Assembly (NCBI GenBank): GCA_951406725.2
Contig: OX597820.1
Span: 74,090,001-74,154,000, forward strand
From: Octopus vulgaris
Taxonomy: Eukaryota
Reading direction: 5' to 3'
Length of the DNA: 64,000 bases
Shown here: piece by piece, positions 14,239 to 29,410 of the stretch
How the letters are laid out: each line of letters starts with the position of its first letter
How positions within the stretch are numbered: the first letter of the stretch is position 1
Position numbers and translations under genes: made by a program
Notes under the pieces: generated by a model
The model's database searches: none
Seen by the model: only the letters and a program-made list of their open reading frames with translations
Told to the model about the DNA's origin: nothing

Positions 14239-14305
<67 letters not shown>

Positions 14306-15216
14306 GACAGAAGGAGACAGATAGATATATAGATAGATAAATAAATTTCAAAAATATGTAGAAATAGATGAAAAAGTTTCAATATATATATATATGGTTA
14401 GAACAAACAGCGATTTGGAATCGTGTGTACTATTTGACTGGAGTCGAAAATCTTGGTACCGTTGCAACTCTTAGCGTTACACGAAATATATATATATATT
14501 TACACACATGCATAAATATTTACACATATACATAGATGTACATTTATATATGGGGGAATTCGACTCGTGAACAAATAAGACCACTTCTTGAACCCATTTC
14601 ACTTTAAGAAACGACTGACATTTGCACCCCCGCCATCGCTGATGACTTCTCATGTGGCAATTAGGGCCTTTGTGGGACTTAAAAATCATTACACAAGTCA
14701 GCGTTGCAGTAACAGCCTGACCATCAGGATATTGAGACCTACAATGCCGAGGAGACCATTAGCCGAACCACACATTCTGCCACACAAAGTGTAGCCTCCA
14801 TGACCACGCTTGTGACCTCAGACTTGACCACCCTGAAAACAGACTCTTCTGTGCTCTTCTCAAGGCACACACAATCAATCTGAGGTTTAATGGAAATGAG
14901 TACATTTCAGGGATTCTCCATGTGAGGTTCCTGTGCGAATATATACACTCAGTCTTATATACATATGGGATACGTATACATGGACACACATAAACAGTAA
15001 TGAAACATGCACACCCTTGTTTTCTAACGCGACACGCACACCTATAAGAGCAAGTTTATCCACACGCACACGGGTATGCATTCATTAACCAATTGAAGTA
15101 ACCATATACCCCAACAACTGTTCAGACGAAAGTATAAGAACCGTGCAAATTTATTAGTGACTATCTTGATTTCTGCAAAAGAAAAGAACTTAAAATTCTT
15201 CTCCAAGCATAAACAT

Positions 15217-15248
<32 letters not shown>

Positions 15249-15470
15249 ATTAGAATGGGCTTCTCCACAGTTTCTGTCAACCGAATTTACTCACAAGGCA
15301 TTGACCAACCCGGTGCCTAAGGTGTGCGCAGTGGGGTTGAATCCAACATCCCGTGATTGCAAAGTGAACTTCTTAACCACACAATATGTCCAACACTTAT
15401 GATAGAAATGAATTCGCACTAAATCTGGAATTAAACAAACTAATTAACCTTCTATTTTCTTTATTTTCAG

Positions 15471-15859
15471 ATGATGTCCCTGAATCCACAAGACTTCAAA
15501 TGTGTACCCATACTCTATAGTTCTGCTGATCAGAACAGCATGATCGTCATAAACAATTTAAACAAAGTAAACAGTCGTTCTAACGATGCCAGTATAAAAG
15601 GCAATGTAAATGACGGCCAGAAAGCGATGCGGCGTACTGACAATGTTGCTAAGCAACATCGAAATGCCGTTAACCTCCAAAAGGACCCCAGAAGCAATAA
15701 TGTCAGTTACAAAGAAAGATCTGGTGCAGCATTCAGTTTATCCGAAGATCTGCTCGTTAAATCAAATAAAAGTAGTTCTACAACTACCAAAGAATCTCCA
15801 AGATCGCTCCAGTGTACGGTGCCTTTAGCCAATGTGAACTTTAACCGCAAAGGATTTCG
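15471..15859 (+). CDS. LRR-pseudoprotease gene, exon C (end of LRRCT plus low-complexity linker)
   Basis: Acceptor TTATTTTCAG ends 15470, phase 0. MMSLNPQDFKC supplies the fourth LRRCT cysteine. An N/S/K-rich linker ends LQCTVPLANVNFNRKGF. Donor CG|GTAAGT at 15860, phase 2. Confidence 0.88.
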
Positions 15860-16566
15860 GTAAGTATAACATAATAGAAAATGTATGCAGAAGTATTTTT
15901 CTTAGAAATTGTTGTGTTATATTACACAGCGGTCCACCTATGTCCGCCATGTTCTCTAGTATCTTTGGACTGCTCACAGGAGACATTCTAGATGAGAAAT
16001 GTAGCATGCTTGGTCCTAGCTCAACATCTTCCCATTTCTTGAAAGAAGCAAACACTGTTTATTGAATTGGATTTGAACGACCATTTTACAGCGCAGTTGA
16101 TTTTGAGGGAAAGACTTGCTTACAAAAATTGCTTGTACAAGTTAACAGAAGTCATCAGGGAATAATGCGTACCGTTTCGGGACCTTCCGGTCACAAGCGA
16201 AAGTGTGTGAGAGATAGAGATAGATAGATATGTAGATAGATAGAGGGGAAGAGAAAGAAAAAGAAAACGTCTCAGCGAAAGGGAGAGGTAGAGAGAAAGA
16301 GATAGAGCGACAGAGAGGAGGAAACAGAGAAAAACTTTGTACAATATTGTATCATGTCATTTCTGCCTCAATGTTAAGTGAAATGCATACAGGCGTGCGT
16401 ATGCGCGTACGCATGTGTATGTGTGCGTGCGTGTTTACCTGTACGTGTATATGCACGAGTATGTGCTTATCGTAAGCGGGATGTTAAATCCATACAACAG
16501 GGTCCACGGTCCCTCTTCACATGCAATTACTTTGAAGGAAGAAAAGATTTTTCAGTATGTGTGTGC

Positions 16567-16618
<52 letters not shown>

Positions 16619-16664
16619 TGTATACGTGTGTACATGTGTGTGTGTGTATGTGTGTATACAGGCT

Positions 16665-17260
<596 letters not shown>

Positions 17261-17479
17261 ACACACACACACACACACACACACACATGATGTATATAAG
17301 TATGTATGCATGTATGTATACACACATATTGTGAAATGTAATTTTCGGTCATATCCTTCTTAAATTATGTATATAAAATGTGTTAGATTGCCGCGAAGGC
17401 AAGATATACTAATTACTGCCCTATTTAGTTAAGTAGCAAAAACTAAGAATACTCACATACATACATATATACATGCATG

Positions 17480-17533
<54 letters not shown>

Positions 17534-17564
17534 AACAGAGAGAGAGAGAGGGAGAGAGAGAGAG

Positions 17565-17595
<31 letters not shown>

Positions 17596-17811
17596 AGCAC
17601 AATATTAGGTCAAGTACCATACATAAATATATAAAAGCAAAGTAGACAGATATTCATTAACACACACACACGCCCACGTGCACACACACGCACCTGCACA
17701 CACGCACACGTGCACGCCCGCACAGCCACGTGTTCACTCATACATATATAGTAATATGTATGCGTACATTAATGTATATGTGTGTGTGCATATATATATA
17801 TAGAGAGAGAG

Positions 17812-17955
17812 AGGCGCAGGAGTGGCTGTGTGGTATGTAGCTTGCTTACCAACCACTTGGTTCTGGGTTCAGTCCCGCTATGTTGCACCTTGAGCAAGTG
17901 TCTTCTACTATAGCCTCGAGTGGATTTGGTAGACGGAAACTGAAAGAAGCTCGTC

Positions 17956-18019
<64 letters not shown>

Positions 18020-18222
18020 ATGTTTGTGTGTCTGTGTTTGTCCCCCCAGCATCGCTTGACAACTGATGCTGGTGTGTTTACGTCCCCGTCACTTAGCGGT
18101 TCAGCAAGAGAGACAGACAGAATAAGGACTAGGCTAACAAAGAATAAGTCATGGGGTCGATTTGCTCGACTAAAGGCGGTGCTCCAGCATGGCCGCCGTC
18201 AAATAACTGAAACCAATAAAAG
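17812..18222 (+). mobile_element. SINE family A
   Basis: Family A head, central (TA)n(TG)n, and tail. Confidence 0.88.
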
Positions 18223-18420
18223 AAAAGAAAAAAGAAAATACGTATGTATGTATGTATGTATGTATGTATATGTATGCGTACATACATCTATATTACTTAT
18301 ATTATAACATTCGTTACTGTTGGCCAAATGTTCCGTTCTAGGATGCTTATCAAAAGCAAATATATTCGCAGACATGTCTATTTGCACGCATACATACGGA
18401 TGTAAATACACACAAACACA

Positions 18421-18477
<57 letters not shown>

Positions 18478-19486
18478 CAACTAACCCCGTGTGACGAGAA
18501 ATGAGGTGGACCCAATTATCGTTGGGACCAGAGGACTGCATTTATTAAACGTTACAGCTATAAAGACTTACAATCAGGACTTTAAGTTTTGTATTAACAA
18601 TTCGATTATCGAATTGTGGATACAGAAATTTAAATTCCTGAATCTAAGCCTCCATGATTGTATCATTTAATACATACATACATACATACATACATACATA
18701 CATACATACATACATACATACATACATAGGCGCAGGAGTGGCTGTGTGGTAAGTAGCTTGCTTCCCAACCACATGGTCCCGGGTTCAGTCCCACTGCATG
18801 GCACCTTCGGCAAATGTCTTCTACTATAGCTCAATGTGTTCCGTTCATCAGATCAACTGGAACCCTTGTTGTAACCGACGGAGTGCCACGACAACGATAT
18901 GTATATATATATGTGCATATACACATATATATATATGTGTGTGTGTGTGTGTATATGTTTGTGTGTGCACATGCGTAAGTGTATGTCACGATGAATCTCC
19001 CCGAGAATTACGTAAGAGGTATACGTGTCTGTGGAGTGCTCAGTCACTCGTACCTAATTTCACGATCTGGCAGTTCCGTCGATCAGGTCAACTGGAACCC
19101 TCGTCATCATAACCGACTAAGTGCCACAACGACGGTACTATTAAATTAGACATGACCTGGGCCAACTTCGGCCGAAACTTATCTAAGTAATCTAAGCATT
19201 TTCCCACTTTTGACAGCATCGTATCGTGTATGATTCGTAAACTTTTATCATTTCCATTCTATACTTTCACAGTTCAGTCATTAGACGTGTTTCAGTCATT
19301 AGACTGCAGCCATGCTGAGGCACAGCCTTGAATTTTAGTCGAATGAATTGACCCTTGTGCTTACTTTCGTGTAATAATTATTTGTACGCTTTTGTTTACG
19401 ACAGAATTATTTAATTAGCTGATTAGCTACTTCCTTATTTTATCTCTTATATATTTACTTAAGTATTTATTGATTTATCTTTACAG

Positions 19487-20168
19487 GAAATTCAAGGCTG
19501 AGCTGTTCCACTTCCATGCGACGGTGATCGATTCCTTTGGCCAAATTGTTTGTAATGGACACTCATTATCGCCCACTTGGATCCTTACAACACTCTCTTG
19601 CATTCGCTCATTAATGACCACATCTAGTGACAACACGGGCAGTTTCCCTATAAATACACAAGTCAGAATTGGGCACGGTCACCCGAGAGAGATAAACAAG
19701 GTTATTGTCCAACCAGGCAATGGTTCACTGGCTTTACTTCGAGTTCACAGTAATTCGTCTTTCCAGGATGAACATCGTATTGGTGACGTGTGTCTGATGA
19801 ATAAAACCGACTTCTCCATCGTTACAAAAACACTCAAGACCGGAGCTTTTACTGCGAATGTCGATGGTCGTAAGTCAGGCTCGAAACTGAAAGCAGTCCG
19901 TGCCAAATACAGCCCTGCATTTTGTTCAAGACAACCGAATAAAATATGTGTCCGAATGCAGAATCGAACCCGTCAGAAAAGGGGTTTACTTACCTTAGGA
20001 TCACCATTATATTTTGGGAGTTCATCTAATTGGCGTTTAGTAGGAATCGGATCAGGTTTTAAATCAACGTCAAACACAGAAATATCCCCGACGCCATCTT
20101 TGAACATAGTCGATTTCTATCCTTTATGGAATATTTTAGAATGGTTAAATAGAACTATTTCGACTTGA
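19487..20168 (+). CDS. LRR-pseudoprotease gene, terminal exon D (catalytically dead trypsin/S1-like domain)
   Basis: Acceptor TTTACAG ends 19486 and is phase-2 compatible. S1-like motifs: CNGHSLSPTWILTTLSC (cf. CGGSLI...WVLTAAHC), SLALLRV (cf. DIALL), DVCL, KICV, TLGSPL (cf. GDSGGPL), WRLVGIGS, ILEWLNRTI. Ends in TGA. Confidence 0.87.
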
Positions 20169-20273
20169 GGAAACACAAACAGTAAAATGAAAAAAAACTA
20201 CATAAAACAAACAATAATACAAAAAAAGCAATCAACTCTTTTCTTTCCGTAAAACGAAATTAAAATGAAATGT

Positions 20274-20306
20274 AATAAAATCTAAAATAAGATTCTGTAA
20301 AATAAA
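20274..20306 (+). promoter_or_regulatory. Candidate polyadenylation signals
   Basis: Two AATAAA hexamers ~105-135 nt after the stop, in an A/T-rich 3' UTR where chance matches are likely. Confidence 0.4.
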
Positions 20307-21377
20307 ATTCTAAATATTCTATAAAATATATGTGACTATGATGAAAAAAAAACTATGAAATTATAACAAAACAAAATCGTAACTCGTAACGGTCTTTTAT
20401 AGCTTGCTTGTTTCAATCATTGGACTGCGGCCATGCTGGGGCACCACCTTGAAGGGCTTTGAACAAATTGACCCAACCAGTTATGTTATTTTCTTGAAGT
20501 TTGTTACCTACTCTGTCGATGTCTTTTGCCCAACCACTAAGTTACAGAGACGTAAACAAATCAATACCGGTTGGCAAGCGGTAGAGGAACGAACACACTA
20601 AAAAAATGTATATGCATATTTAGAGAGAAATATAGATAAATACGATGGGCTTCCGTACAGTTTCTGTGTACCAAGTTCACTCGTAAGGCATTAGCCTGTC
20701 CGAGGCTTGTAGTATAAAACAATTGCCCAAGGTGACGCGCATTGAGACTGAACCCAGAGTCACGTGGTTGCACAACAAGCTTCTTAACGACACAACCACA
20801 CTTGCTCTTAAAAACATTATGATTGCTTTTTTTTTTCGGAGTATTAAACTCATCCTCAGAGACGAAACATTTAACTTTAATAATAATATTTACGTTATGC
20901 TTCAAATAATTTCATCTTCCATCGTCATCAGGTGTGTATTTTTTCCAGGTATGTACATAATATATAATATATAGTCCCGAAATCGATTCGTATTAGGTAC
21001 CTGTATGTTTACACAAGGATGATAATACTGCTATCCTTGAGAGACCCTTGTCATATGGGCCATATATGCAGATAAGGCAGCTGATGATGATTGGAGATGA
21101 AGACCTGATTGAAAATTCGTGCAGATGTAAATACTCAAAGAAAAAATAAAATAAAATAAAAGAGAAAAAGAAAAATTTTACCTCTAATGATGAGGTTATT
21201 GTCTGAAAAGTTAATTTCAATTTTCATAATAATTTATCTGAGGCATTAAGATCAATACAAGAATTTGCTTAGTAAAATTTTAAAATGATTTATTCAAATA
21301 ACTTTACATGAGTGTGTGTGTGTGTATGTGCTCGCGTGTGCGTGCATGTGTGTGTGTGTGGGATGTATGTATACATT

Positions 21378-21419
<42 letters not shown>

Positions 21420-21618
21420 TAAACAGTAAAAATAATTACAGACATGGACAAGAACATGAAACGCCACAGAGACGACACAAGAACCACAGGACGGGACATT
21501 CGAAGCCCTCAGTCATCAGTCAAGAACCAGATCATCTTAGCAATTTCGGCTGATTAATCTTATATATATATATTGGTAATAATAAAGTTAGAACGCATGA
21601 AGTACTTCTTCCCTAGTT

Positions 21619-21731
<113 letters not shown>

Positions 21732-22467
21732 ATCTATCTATCTATCTATCTATCTATTACACACACACATACATACATACTTACATACCTATAATAATAT
21801 AAATAATATATATATGCATATATACTTACGTATATGTACATACATCTATACGTTTATATATGCATATGTGGGCACAGGACATATATATACACACACATAT
21901 ATACACTCACATATATACATATACATGTGTATGTATGTATGTATGTATGTATGTATGTATGTATGTATGTATGTATGTATATATGTATGTATGTATGTAT
22001 GTATAAGATTTATCTAAATGCAAAACAGCATATTATAAATTAAATATTTAAAAAAAAACAAAACATTTTGTTGACCAGTTTATTGAAAACGAAAGTTAAA
22101 AATGCATTCAATCAGTTTCTCGAACAAATCACAATTTTCTTATCTCCTGCGCTACATAAATTCACATACTCAATTGTCAACAGATAAATAAAACAAGCGG
22201 TTTCAATATATTTATCAACACGTGTTTTCTCGTAGACAAAATAATTTTCATGTTCTATTTGTTACTTTGGAAACGGGCATGAATGTGTCAGTGGCTCACG
22301 ATTGGCTAAAATTACCAAAATTTTCAAACTCTAATTGCTAATAACGCTTTATTTCGTAATAATGATTTTCATGTCATTCATTAGCCAATAAAAGTGTATC
22401 ATTACACTAAATATGAAATCAATTCGAACAGAAGTTGATGCTAGCAGCCACACCGACAAGATCCTAT

Positions 22468-23260
22468 GGAAGTTCTAGACAGGGAAATTCGCAGATTATA
22501 AGGAATAAAATAATGATTAAAAGTAGATAGAAGAATACAGACAGCAGAATAAAGTTCCCAGTTCATCTTTTTCCAGAGGCTATGGAGGTTGGTCCGTACT
22601 TACGTGAAGGTATAAGCCCTTAGGTATAATCCCAGGCAAATCCTGGCAGTATTTTGAATGATGCATTCATGTTGAAGTTGGGGATTTAGGGTAAATTGTC
22701 CACGTTGTTATATAAAGTGAGAAAGACAGACATGGGGATAGAGAGAAGTGGGTTGTGAGTGAGTGGCTAGAAGAGAGAAGGGAAAGAGAGAGAAAAGAGG
22801 GAGAAAAAAGAGAGAAAATACAGGAATGGTATAGGGGCTGGGAAATGACTGAAAGCGGAAGTAAAATAAAAATAATAATAAGCTGGAAATAAAAAGAATA
22901 AAGATAGAAATAAAAAAAAAATAAAGATAGAGATAAGATGCCAGTATTATTCTTCGTAATTTCATACCGTCTGGAAAAAGATCAGCTGTGAACTTTATTC
23001 TCCAGTCTGTATTCTTCAATCTACTTTTAATCTTTATTTTATTCCTTATAAACTGTTAATTTCCCTGTCTGGAACTTTCATACTCACCTTGTCTCTGACG
23101 ACAGGATACCCAGTGTATTGAGATGCTAACCTATCACTTGAGATATCCCAAAACAGCTGTAAGACTTCAAATTCATCTTACCCTAATCAGATTATTATGA
23201 TTTGAGGTACTCATTCTGCCTTGGTTTTTATTGTTCTTTTCCTCTAATATGTGCCTGCTA
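22468..23260 (+). mobile_element. Penelope-like terminal remnant with ~110-bp inverted duplication and hammerhead
   Basis: 22468-22577 is an imperfect reverse complement of 22970-23079, and a hammerhead motif follows at 23091. Confidence 0.6.
23091..23165 (+). ncRNA. Type I hammerhead ribozyme motif (GAAA core mutated)
   Basis: Stem I GTCT/AGAC, core CTGACGA, stem II GGATA/TATCC, AAAA in place of GAAA, palindromic stem III ACAGCTGT, cleavage triplet GUA. Confidence 0.7.
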
Positions 23261-23560
23261 ACACGGAAGCGTAATACGGATCCACAGCTCCAGCTTCAGT
23301 TGTGAACTTGGAATCTAACGGATGACCAAGTATGGCACTCACTCAGCGTAGCTATTCGTTTAGATTACCAGTGAACTAAACGCCACGTATTCTATACATA
23401 CATACATACATACATACATACATACATACATACATACATACATACATACACACACACATAAACACACACACACACACACATATATGTATATATGTATAGT
23501 ATATATGTATACTATATATGTATGCATGTATAGTTTTTATGATCATCTCATATGTATAGA

Positions 23561-23615
23561 CCACGCTACTAATAGTTTCGCGTACTTGGGACCCCCGTAC
23601 GCTCTTCAGGCGTGG
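23561..23615 (-). ncRNA. Canonical type I hammerhead ribozyme
   Basis: Minus strand reads CCACGC-CTGAAGA-GCGTAC-gggggtcccaa-GTACGC-GAAA-CTAtTAG-TA-GCGTGG. Both 6-bp stems I and II and all core nucleotides are intact. Confidence 0.9.
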
Positions 23616-24035
23616 ACTATTCCACTAAACTAATGAGTTTTATATTCAGTCCATTATTTAAACTGCTTAGTTGGGTGAAATAGTCCACGCCTGAAAAACG
23701 TACGTGGCTCCCATGTACGTGAAACTATATTTATATTTTAACAGATATATTTCACATAGTTAAAGGTTTCGTCAAAACCTTTTAGCGCCTAAGAGGTGTA
23801 GGACACTGCATGAATGATTTCAAAGATACTTCCGGTTGATCTTAAATACTTGTACTAAATATGAATACAATACAATAGAATTAAAGTTGAGAACGAAAGA
23901 TTTGAACGTGTTTATTTTAAGGAAATAATGAACAAGTACAATATTTGGTGTCACTTTAGAACATGTAATTTATCATTCAAATATAATTGTAGAGTTATTA
24001 GAGCAAATAAATGATTAACAAAAAAGATATAAAAT

Positions 24036-24139
24036 CTCTAACAGCTGTTTCTAGAATAGCTGTACATATCGTGCATGCGGTGCATATCTCATGGAGCAAG
24101 GATTTCCATATAAAAGCCAATTATTTCGTCTTCAGAGAG
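24036..24139 (-). ncRNA. Type I hammerhead motif with long, degenerate stem II
   Basis: Minus strand CTCT-CTGAAGA-...-GAAA-CAGCTG-TT-AGAG with palindromic stem III. Confidence 0.65.
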
Positions 24140-24642
24140 GAAAGATTAGTTATTACTAGTCCCATCAGCTTTTTTCGATGGAGTTATTAGCAGCGATGGT
24201 GTTATTGGAAATGATGAATGAACAAAGCAGATTCGATTGTTATAGTAAAAGAGACACCCAGATGGGATCAACATACGTTCGAATCGTCACCAACCCGTGG
24301 AGTTATCCCAAGCGTACGCATAATCTCGCGGAAAAGCAAAGAAATATGAAGAAAGGGCTAGTGTCTTCTAGTATAGCCTCGAGAGTGAATTTGGTAGACG
24401 GAAACTGAAAGATGCCCGTCGTATATGTGTGTGTGTGTTTGTCCCCCTATCACTGCTTGAGAACTGGTGTTGGTGTGTTTACGTCCCAATAACATAACGG
24501 TTCAGCAAATGAGACTGATAGAATATGTACTGGGCTTAAAAAGTAAGTCCTGGGATCGATTTGTTCGACTAAAACCCCTCAAGGTTGTGCTCCAGTATGA
24601 CTGCAGTCAAATGACTGAAACAATATATATGTTCTGAAAAGA

Positions 24643-24675
<33 letters not shown>

Positions 24676-24712
24676 TGTATGTATGTATGTATGTATGTAT
24701 CATATATGTATG

Positions 24713-24744
<32 letters not shown>

Positions 24745-25264
24745 GTATGTATATATGTATGTATTATACATGTATGTATGTATGCATGTATGTATGTATG
24801 TATGTATGTATGTATGTATGTATGTATGTACGTATGTATGTACGTGTGTGTATGAGTGTAAGTATTTATGTATGTATGCATGTATGTATGTACGTATGTA
24901 TGCATGTATGTATGTATGTATGGATGGATGATTGGATGTACGTGTGTGTATGTATGTATGAGTGTAAGTATTTATGTATGTATGTATGTTGATAACACCC
25001 AGAAGAAAATGCTTCTGAGTGTTAAGTGAAGAAAGTGTGTATGTATGTATCCATTTATTTGTTTACCAGTTTCAGTCATTTGACTGTGGTCATGGTGGAG
25101 CACCGCCTTTAGTCAAACGAATCGACCTCAGAACTTATTCTTTGTAAACCTAGTACTTACTCTATCGGTCTCTTTTGCTGAATCGCTTACTTACGGGCTC
25201 GTAAACGTACCAACATCGGTTGTCAAGCGATGATGGAGGGACAAACACAGACAAACAAACATAC

Positions 25265-25383
<119 letters not shown>

Positions 25384-25425
25384 TACGGCGGTTTTCTTTC
25401 AGTTTCCGTCTACCAAATCCACTCA

Positions 25426-26335
25426 CGGACCAAATGGCTGGAGTAAAGGTTGAGTATCAATCAACGGATACTGTCATTATTGCTTGAGACGTCAACAGGG
25501 GGGAGGTGGGTCAAGTGTTGGGCTGGCGTCTTTGGTGGTATGATGGTCGGGTCATAGAAAGTCCCAGCTGGCATTAAGATGACATCGAATACATATGTTA
25601 CCTTCTTAAAAGAAAATTGCCAGCCGTGGTTCAAAAACCAAAAAACTTTCCTTCAAGGGAAAGCTGGTTTTTATGCAAGATAGTGTCCCGTCTCATGCAG
25701 CGAAGAATTCTAAGGAATACCTACAGCAAATAAACTTCTCTGGAGGTCGTTTGATGGAGTGGCCCCTTGTTCCCCTGACTTAAACTCGATCGAGAACCTG
25801 TGGAGTGTCCTCAAGACGCGCGTTTACCAAGATGGACGGCAGTTTTCGAGTAAAGTTACGCTCTGAGATGCTATTGTAGATGCTGCTGAAAGCATGACAC
25901 AAGAGGATATCATCACCTTGACAAATTCAATGGATCAGCGCAAAAGGAAGGTTATTGCATGTGGAGGAGCATACATCAGACATTAGAGGCTGTATGACAT
26001 CATATTCCCATGATTAGTTTTATTCGATCGTATTATTATGTTTGCCATTAAATCCTTGATGAATAAATTTTTTTTGTTAAACGTTTACTGTTGAATTAAA
26101 TGAATGTTTGTTCTGACATAGTTATCGTTTTTATTATACTTACCTAATAATTTGCGACGGTGAAAATGTTGCCCAATCACAAAAATGGCCGCCATTTGTT
26201 GGCGTCTGCGCAGATCCGATTTGTTTTAACAGAATGTGCTCAGATAGATGTTACCAACAGTTAGTTGAAAAACAACATATACATTTATTTATTGAGAGAA
26301 GGTTGATTTGCCTAATAATGTAGGACGCAGTGTAG
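25426..26335 (+). mobile_element. Decayed Tc1-like DNA transposon (3' half)
   Basis: Fragments translate to FMQDSVPSHAAK, MEWPPC-PDLNSIENLWSVLK and GGAYIRH*, with frameshifts and stops. The terminus ...TAGGACGCAGTG-TA fits a Tc1 TIR plus TA. Confidence 0.8.
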
Positions 26336-26743
26336 TTGAATGCCTGAGTAACACCTTATAGCTTTATCAGAGCTTCAAATATGAAATGCAATTTGTTTGG
26401 GAAAGCAAATACATTTAAGCGTACATATAGGAAGGAATTATCAGAGAGAAAGCATATACGTGGAAAATGGACACAAAGGGCTCACTTACAATTAGAATAA
26501 TATTAGTTCTAAGATATGAATAATGATGGTGGGGGTGGGGACATAAGGAAAAAGATGACGAAGGAATATACTATTATCTTATGAAATTCATTAGCTTACA
26601 GCGGTTTCCGCTATAACCGGTGTCGGTGTATTTACGTCCCCGTAACTTGGTGGTTCGGCAAAAGAACACGATAGAATAAGCACCAGGCTTAAGAAAAAAG
26701 TACTTGGCTGACACAAGTGAAAGATAAAATGATAAAAGATAAA

Positions 26744-26830
<87 letters not shown>

Positions 26831-26837
26831 GTCTGTC

Positions 26838-26910
<73 letters not shown>

Positions 26911-26923
26911 TTGTCTGTCTGTC

Positions 26924-26958
<35 letters not shown>

Positions 26959-26961
26959 GTA

Positions 26962-26992
<31 letters not shown>

Positions 26993-27835
26993 GTGTTTGT
27001 CTGTCTGTCTGTCTGTGTGTCTGTATGTATGTATGTATATGCGCTCGCGTGTCTCTTTGTGTGTGTCTGCGTGTATGTAAAAGGAAATGGCATGAGCTGC
27101 AAGTTGTTCCGGTGCAATACAAATCGAAGAGATTACAGACTTCTCACCGATAAGAGTCCGTTCATTCTATAGGAGTAGCAGAGAGTGATTTGACGGATAG
27201 ATTCGGCTGTTATTACTAGCTGGTTGAGAGACTATGTAGAGACTTCCTCGTGGCCTTTGATGAATAGTAAGACGTTTGGAATGTATATATGCGTGTGTAT
27301 ATGTGTGTGTGTGTGTGTGTCTAATTATGTCGATATTGGAATATGCAATTGTCCTCTGTATAATTATCGAAACAAGCTGGACGGGAGCCTTCTCTGTCTG
27401 TCTGTTTGTCTGTTGTCTCTCTGACTGCCTGCCTATCTGTCTGTCTGTCTGTCTGTCTGTCTCTCCTTCTCTCTTTCTGTCTCTCTCGTTCTCTCACTCG
27501 CACACACTAAAACAGATTGATAAAAATTTCCTTCCACCGACTCCTCACTTTCACACACACACACATACACACAAACACATACACACATTCAGGCACGCAC
27601 ACACACATACGCATATGCAACACACACGTTTACACGCTCATTCTCTCGTTCTTTCCTTTACGCAATCGAGAAACAAGCAACATTGTTAGCAATGGAGTTA
27701 CTTCATCACGTGACTGACTCATCGCTTATGTATGACCAGTATACGCTTATTCTACGTTACGCTAATAATTACAAAACTTTATTATCAAAATCGTTTTTCA
27801 ACTGCTAACTTCGGCGAGTTATATATATATATATA

Positions 27836-28220
27836 CTAGCAGTATTGCCCGGCGTTGCTAGGGTTTGTTTTCTTTTCAACCCTTTAGAATTGGAATTTTT
27901 GAAAAGTAAAAATTTTGCATTATGTAGCTTGTTATTCTCTTGATGTGAACATCTTTCTGGTTGAAATACACCGAAAATGGCGATACAGCAGTCAAAAGAT
28001 TGTAAAAAATAGGGATTTTCATAGAAAAAAAGCACCTTTTTGATGTTAATAATTTTGGGTCTTAACATGGTCCGATTTGAATTTTTTCTTCTACGGAATG
28101 AAGAGCAAGCCTTCTTCTATCATACTTTCAATTTTGGTCAACTTGCGCCGCAGGGTCTCGGAGGAGAAAGTGTTAGTTGAAGCCTACCAAACCTGCCATA
28201 CACAGACAACTTCAGCTTTA
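27836..28220 (-). mobile_element. Non-autonomous Helitron-like element in (TA)n
   Basis: Minus-strand 3' end shows an imperfect GC hairpin (CCCTAGCAACGCCGGG) followed by CTAG-T. The 5' end merges into (TA)n. Confidence 0.6.
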
Positions 28221-28821
28221 TATATATATATATATGAAGGCGGTTTCGTATAGGACTTTTGTTGTAGTTGAGTGCTAAATTACAATATTTCCCTAGTGTT
28301 TAGAGTGGTACATTCATGATGACGACATTGTGGTTTCGATTCCCGCATCGGGTGGTGTTTCGTGGTCTTCATTTCACGTTGCTCCAGTCCGCTCAGCATT
28401 GAATGGGTAACTCTGTGATGGACTGGCGTTCTATCCAGGAGGATCGTTATGATCCCGGCCATTTATAGTTGCCATGGTAACCGAGTAACCGACCCTACAA
28501 GTCCTAAGGTTCGAGATGGCAAACGTGGGTTTTAAAAGATCATTTATACTCTATCTCCTACCTGTTTCAGTCCCTGAACTGTGGCTATGCTGTAGCAATG
28601 CCTTGAAGAATTTTAGCGGAACGAATCAACATCAATACTGATCTTTTTAAAACCTGGTACTTATTCCATCGCTATCTTTCAACGAAGCGCTAAGTTACGG
28701 GAACATAGACACACCAACACCTGTTGTCAAGCGGTGATGGAAGACAAATACAACACCCCTCCACACACACACATATACATACGCACACACACACAAACCT
28801 ATCTATCTATCTGTCTGTTTG

Positions 28822-28896
<75 letters not shown>

Positions 28897-29350
28897 GTCT
28901 ATCTATCTATCTATCTATCTATCTTTATCTATTTATTTATTTATTTATTTATTTCTGTAAACGACCAGCTTCCGTCTACCAAATCCACTCACAAGGCTTT
29001 GGTCGGCCTAAAGCTATAATGGAAGATACCCAGAGTTCCACGCAGTGGGACCGAACCCGGAAGCATGAGGTGGGAGAGAAAACCTCATTATCACCCTACC
29101 ACTCCTGCACTTTTATGTATAGTTCCTCCATATCGTTACAAATTTCGCTTCACAATCATGTGCACTTATGCTTTTACTATCATAGCCGTAGGGTTTGCTA
29201 CGGCAACAGACTTAAGTCTATCCAATGCCTATGAGGGAAACTAGGCTAACGGCAACTTTACAAAGTTCGTAACCCCCCACACACACACCGATGCACACGC
29301 ACACACATATATATAAATATACAGAGAGAGAGAGGGAAGAGAGAGAGGGA

Positions 29351-29410
<60 letters not shown>

